Origin: Azolla caroliniana | Taxonomy: Eukaryota > Plantae > Polypodiophyta | Reading direction: 5' to 3' | Assembly (NCBI GenBank): GCA_043228905.1 | Contig: JBHGNT010000006.1 | Location: forward strand, 9,548,001 to 9,612,000 | DNA: 64,000 bases | Part shown: in pieces, positions 58,925-64,000 of the stretch | How positions within the stretch are numbered: position 1 is the first letter of the stretch | Layout of the letters: every line of letters starts with the position of its first letter | Position numbers and translations under genes: made by a program | The notes under the pieces: generated by a model | Told to the model about the DNA's origin: nothing | The model's database searches: none | The model's input: only the letters and a program-made list of their open reading frames with translations

Positions 58925-61900
58925 GTGAGTCGAGTTTTTTCAGCACAAGTCGAGCTTACCACATCTACATGTCATCGAGTCCTAGCCTCTGCCCTTCTAG
59001 ATTATGGAGCCAACTCTTGTTTCATGGATCGTGAATTTGCCTTGTCACAAAACATCCTCTTGAATAAGCTTCCCAGCCCAGTAGCCGTAGGAGTCATTGA
59101 TGGACATCCCATAGCATCAGGAGATATAGTCGAGGAGTCCGAGCCAATTAGGATAGTTCTTGGCAATTTGGCAAGCATAATCTCTTTCAACATTATTCGT
59201 AGTCCGGAACACCCAATAGTTCTAGGTCTCCCCTGGTTTGAACTACATAACCCGAAGATTGATTGGATGAAAAGAACAATTGCGGAGAGCCGGGAAAAAA
59301 GCACAAACCCTGCATCCCTCTCTCCTACATGTGATAATAGATCCCCGGAGTTATCGCCCATCTCTTTACGACAGTTGCGGGAGGAAGGGGGGAACGAGGC
59401 CATGTTCGTCTTCGCAATAATAGCAACTCCATCATCCACTTCACGTGAGGCGGATATTAAACTACCAAAGAAATACAAGGAGTTTTCAGATGTCTTTGAT
59501 AAGGTGAAGGCCAATACATTGTCGGAGCATCGGCCATACGACTACCCTATTGACTTACAACCAGGGAAAGAACCTCCATGGGGTCCAATTTATAATCTCT
59601 CCCCTGTAGAGCTAGAAACTTTGCGGGAATATATTGATGAGAATCTGGCAAACGGATTCATTCGGCATTCTAGATCCCCTGTTGGTGCACCTATCTTCTT
59701 CGTTAAGAAGAAGAATGTGACTCTTTGATTGGTTGTGGATTATCGAGGGCTAAACAAAGTGACTATCCGGAATAGATATGCTCTACCATTAATCCCGAAT
59801 CTTTTGGAACGTCTCAATGGTGCAAAATATTTCACGAAGTTGGACCTTCGTGGAGCATATAATCTAGTTCGGATTCGCCTGGGGGATGAATGGAAGACAG
59901 CTTTCCGCACCCGCTATGGACATTTTGAGTATACAGTGATGCCATTCGGTCTCACGAATGCACCTACTGTTTTCCAACATATGGCGAACGATATTTTTCG
60001 AGATTTTCTTGATATCTTCACTATAGTTTACCTAGATGATATTTTAATCTACTCAAAGACCCAAGAGGAGCATGATGAACATGTGCGTCAGGTACTGCGT
60101 TGACTCCGAGAATATGGTCTCTACGCAAAATTAGAAAAGTGTAGTTTCGGCTAGAATCAAGTGGAATTTTTGGGGTATGTTGTATCGTCAAATGGTATTG
60201 CTATGGACCCCATGAAGGTACAAGCAATTTTAGAGTGGCAAACGCCCCTTCCAGTGCGTGATGTGCAATGTTTTCTCGGGTTTGCAAATTTTTATCGAAA
60301 ATTTATTAAAGATTATTCCAAGGTTGTGCTTCCGCTTACTCAGCTCACACATAAAGATCGACCATTTATATGGAGTTCAGATGCAGCCCAGGCATTCGAA
60401 AGCTTAAAACGAGCATTTACAACAGCACCTATCTTAGCACATGTCGACCCAACAAAACGCTTCATCCTCGAAGCCGATGCATCCGATTTTGCACTAGGGA
60501 GTGTCCTCTCGCAAACTGGAGATGATGGACAACTACACCCTATCGCCTTTCATTCACAAAAGTTTGAAGCTGCAGAGATCAACTACGAGATCCATGACAA
60601 AGAGCTTCTTGCAATCGTGGATTCGTTTCAACAATGGCGACATTTCCTAGAAGGTTCTTCTCAGCAGATCATTGTCTACAATGATCATAAGAACCTGACT
60701 TATTTCCAAAATGCTCGAGTCTTGAGTCGGCGACAAGCCCGGTGGGCGCAATTTTTGACTCACTTCGATTTTATCATCATATATCGCCCTGGGATGCAGC
60801 AAGGCAAAGCAGATGCTCTTTCTCGGCACTCTTATATGGAACTTCGTCCAGGGGAACCTGCATTTGAGCATCAAAAACAAATCCTTTTGGGTCCTAATCG
60901 ATTACGATTAATGGTAGTTAACGCCATAACAACTCTTGAAAATTCCACTCTTCTTGATTCCATTCGAGATCATATGGCCACTGATGATTTCACCAAGGAT
61001 GTTTTGGATAATATCGTCCCGGATCGTGCTTCTTGCTCACGGTCGAAAAATCCTCGTAATGACTATTGTCAGTTCTATTGGCATGGTGGTTTTCTATTGC
61101 GACAAAATTTATTGTATGTTCCTGATGGTCCCCCACGGCTACAAGTTTTGCAACATTGCCATGACTCACCAATGGCTGGTCATTTTGGAGTTCAGAAGAC
61201 TCTAGAATTAATTTCTCGACACAATTGGTGGCCTCGCCTTCGTCATTTTGTTGAGGAGTATGTTCAGAGTTGTGATATATGTTGTCTATCAAAGAATCCT
61301 CGTCACCGACCCTATGGCTTACTACAACCACTTCCCATTCCGGAAACTCCTTGGAAGTCTATATCCTTGGACTTCATTACTGATCTCCCAGTTTCAAAAG
61401 GTTTTGATGCAATTCTCACAGTGGTTGATCGATTTACGAAAATGGCACATTTCTTGCCATGTACAAAGTCGATTACAAGTCAAGAGGCGGTTGAGCTCGT
61501 TATGCGGGAGGTATTTAAGCATCATGGTCTGCCGGATGATATTATTAGTGATCGTGGTCCACAATTCATCTCAAAGTTTTGGAAGCACTTGTTCAAACTT
61601 CTCCACATTTCAGTTAAGCTTTCTTCGGGCTATCATCCTGAAACAAATGGCCAAACAGAGTGTACCAACCAGACATTGGAACAATATCTTCGTTGTTTTC
61701 ATCAACTATCAACCAGACATTCGCTTACAACAACTCAGCCCATTCTTCTACAGGATATTCCCCATTTTTCGCAAATACGGGTTGTCATCCTCAGTGGACG
61801 ATGAATGCGCATCCAGAAGTTCCTACCAACCCTGCTGCCAAGGATCGTCTTAGTCGCCTCCAAGAAATTCAAGCTAACATTCTCCACAATTTGCACGATG

Positions 61901-62172
61901 CTCAATTTACACACAAGAGGCTTGCCAATCGTCATCGTCTAGACTCCTCAAAAAAGTTCCGCATTGGGGATCATGTATGGCTTCTCCAACACAACATCAA
62001 GACCACTCGACCTTGCAGTAAATTGGATTACCAACGTTTTGGCCCTTACATGATCACTGGTAAGATAAGTGATGTTGCATTTCGTCTTGCCCTCCCTCCG
62101 CACATGCATCTTCATCCGGTGTTTCATGTATCCCTTTTGGAACCTTATACTACAAGTTCAATTCCGGGCTGA
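58925..62172 (+). pseudogene. pol: Chromovirus PR-RT-RNaseH-integrase with several stops
   Basis: [60 protein letters not shown]. Confidence 0.93.
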
Positions 62173-62175
62173 CTT

Positions 62176-62448
62176 ATGACACCCCCACCACCTGTCGAGT
62201 TCTTGGACGGGCCTGAATTTGAAGTTGTTATCGTTCTCGATTCTAAAATCGTGCGAAACAAGCTGTATTACTTAGTCGATTGGCTAGGTTATACCCCCAA
62301 TGATCGAACTTGGGAACCTGCCGCAAATCTTTCCAATGCTGCAGAACTCGTCAATGCATTTCATCGCCAATATCCTTGTAAATCAGGTCCTAATACAAAC
62401 CCTACGACCCGTGAGACATGTCGTCGAAGAAGGGGGATAGTGTCATGA
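62176..62448 (+). CDS. Integrase-associated chromodomain
   Basis: EFEV..VLDSK...LYYLVDWLGY..NDRTWEP..NL; aromatic residues retained. Confidence 0.92.
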   Translation: MTPPPPVEFLDGPEFEVVIVLDSKIVRNKLYYLVDWLGYTPNDRTWEPAANLSNAAELVNAFHRQYPCKSGPNTNPTTRETCRRRRGIVS

Positions 62449-63552
62449 TAACACTCACATCATGCATCAAAAGGATCATGACACTCACATTATGACTCAA
62501 AAGGATTTGAACCCACGACCTTGTTGTACACATGACAAATCCTTAACCATTGTATTACTATTCTTATATGTATAGTCTCTAGAATATGAAATCTAATATC
62601 ATAGGAATATTCTATATTACTCTACATTCTAGAATGACCTAGAATATTCTACATTGTTCTATACCACTAGAACCTTCTAGAATACTCTAGAGATCTTCTA
62701 GATTACTCTACATTCTAGGATAACCTAGAATATTCTAGAATGTTCTCTATTACTTATAAATAGGGATCTACCACCCATCCCAAACCTAAATTGGTTCAAT
62801 GCCATTTTGTAGCCTATTCTTTGTAATCCATTTTACGCTTCAATATAATAATTCTCTTTCAATTATCTCTCTATCTCTTTTTCTCTCTTTCTCTCTCTCA
62901 GTCTTGACAGTCACTCACACCCGTTGATATTTGTATTCCAGTTCTAGGCGAGGACCACACATGGTTGCTCATGCCCGTTGGTGTTAAATACCTCATCTTG
63001 TGGAAGGGTTACTCCTTGTCTAAGATTTACAAAATGCTTTGGAGGTGATCTAAGATTTTCATCAACAATATCCCCTTAAGCCGATAAACGATTTGGGAAG
63101 GCATCGTTGAAGGGGGGATAATGTCAAGATTCAAACTCTTGACATGACCATGTTATAATCGAGTGTTATGTGTTAACCACACATCTAGCATATAATCATG
63201 TATATACTTCCTCATTGTAGGTTTTAGCTAGCATTATGTGCATAATTTCTCCCTTGTATTATTAACACTTGGCACATGCATGCGTACCTACTACCTACAT
63301 GCTCTATTGTATCACATGCGTGCAACAGGTATGCATGCCACTTAGTATAAATAGTTGAGTTCACCTTGAAGGAATTCAAGGTGAACAACGCCAGTCATGG
63401 ACATATCAATCTAGTATTCTCATTTCGCCCATCTTCTCTCCTTAATCTTCATCTCTATCTTTATGCTCTTGTGTCATTCCGTCATCGCTCCGTCGTAGCC
63501 TCATCATCCGTGCTTCGTCTTAGTTCGCACTTGGTGTGTCCGTGACAGGCAC

Positions 63553-64000
63553 ATTGTCGATTGGGGTGTAATCACGGGGCCGACATTACGGGAAGGACTA
63601 TATGCGTATCAGGCTGTTAAGAAACTACGGCCAATCATTCAACAATATCTTATTGTGCTATTTCCCCCTTGCAGACTTCCCGCCCCCCCAACCAACAAAC
63701 AGACGCCTCCGCCACAATCCGCAAAACGACAGCTAGCGGAGTTAGCCACCACCGAATGGGAAGAAGAGGCACAATCGCCCCGCACCACCAAGCCAACGAT
63801 ACAGCCGGAGCCACCGGCCAGGTGCGCCAAGACACAAACCTCCACAGCAACAGAGGAACAAGAGCCTGCCCAAGGCAGTCCCAGGCCCAAATGGCGAAGA
63901 TTGGATCGAAAAGACAGGGAGGGATTGGTAAAAGATACAATGGCCCCAGTCGAAAACATCGCCACTACAGAGCATACAACCACATTGGAATTAATCTGTG
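63553..64000 (+). pseudogene. Extra ORF 3' of pol, part 2
   Basis: IVDWGVITGPTLREGLYAYQAVKKLRPIIQQYLIVLFPP then Pro-rich sequence. Confidence 0.55.

Larger units (their letters stand above)
57519..62909 (+). mobile_element. Full-length Tcn1/Tf1-like chromovirus (Ty3/gypsy), mildly degenerate
   Basis: 469-bp LTRs 57519-57987 and 62441-62909; TSD GTCGC/GTCAC; PPT GAAGAAGGGGGATAG; self-complementary PBS. Confidence 0.96.
56411..63547 (+). mobile_element. Non-autonomous LTR retrotransposon (~1.74 kb native), chromovirus-derived, self-priming
   Basis: LTRs 56411-56809 and 63122-63547; perfect TSD GGCAC; PPT GAAGGGGGGATAA; interior is a repeat array plus chromodomain remnant KYLILWKGY (~62987). 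Confidence 0.92.
50303..64000 (+). mobile_element. Degenerate non-chromoviral (Athila/Tat-like) Ty3/gypsy, runs off the window
   Basis: LTR ~50303-50572; degraded tRNA-Arg-type PBS TGGCACGCTTGGTTGGAC 50577-50594; gag-PR, RT, RNase H, integrase and an extra 3' ORF. Confidence 0.82.

Overview
Eukaryotic, almost entirely transposon-derived DNA with no recognisable host gene. It is most likely heterochromatin of a seed-free land plant, inferred from plant tRNA-iMet/Trp/Arg primer sites, Tcn1-type self-priming chromoviruses and a Trp-primed gypsy with 4-bp TSDs. The window resolves into deeply nested insertions that can be peeled off via target-site duplications (TSDs). 1-12.4 kb is a scrambled mosaic of gypsy and copia fragments. 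12.4-44.7 kb is a Mutator-like element (MULE-1) interrupted by a copia and by a 25.4-kb TIR element (17967-43359; 21-bp TIRs, TATA TSD, about 6.1 kb once nested inserts are removed). That TIR element carries a Sola-like transposase remnant and, divergently, an intron-containing pseudogene for a ParB/Srx-like domain fused to a prokaryote-type beta-class N4-cytosine/N6-adenine DNA methyltransferase. The gene is split by an 18.5-kb copia/gypsy nest and is the main finding. 44.8-50.3 kb is a second MULE with a Ulp1 protease gene. It is interrupted by a non-chromoviral gypsy containing a copia solo LTR, a non-autonomous self-priming LTR element and a full-length chromovirus. Other notable signals are a conserved -1 frameshift pseudoknot between protease and RT, antisense tRNA-like A/B-box modules in three unrelated LTR families, and CpG-centred 4-bp target sites. 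All family and domain assignments are by eye from motifs, not from database searches.
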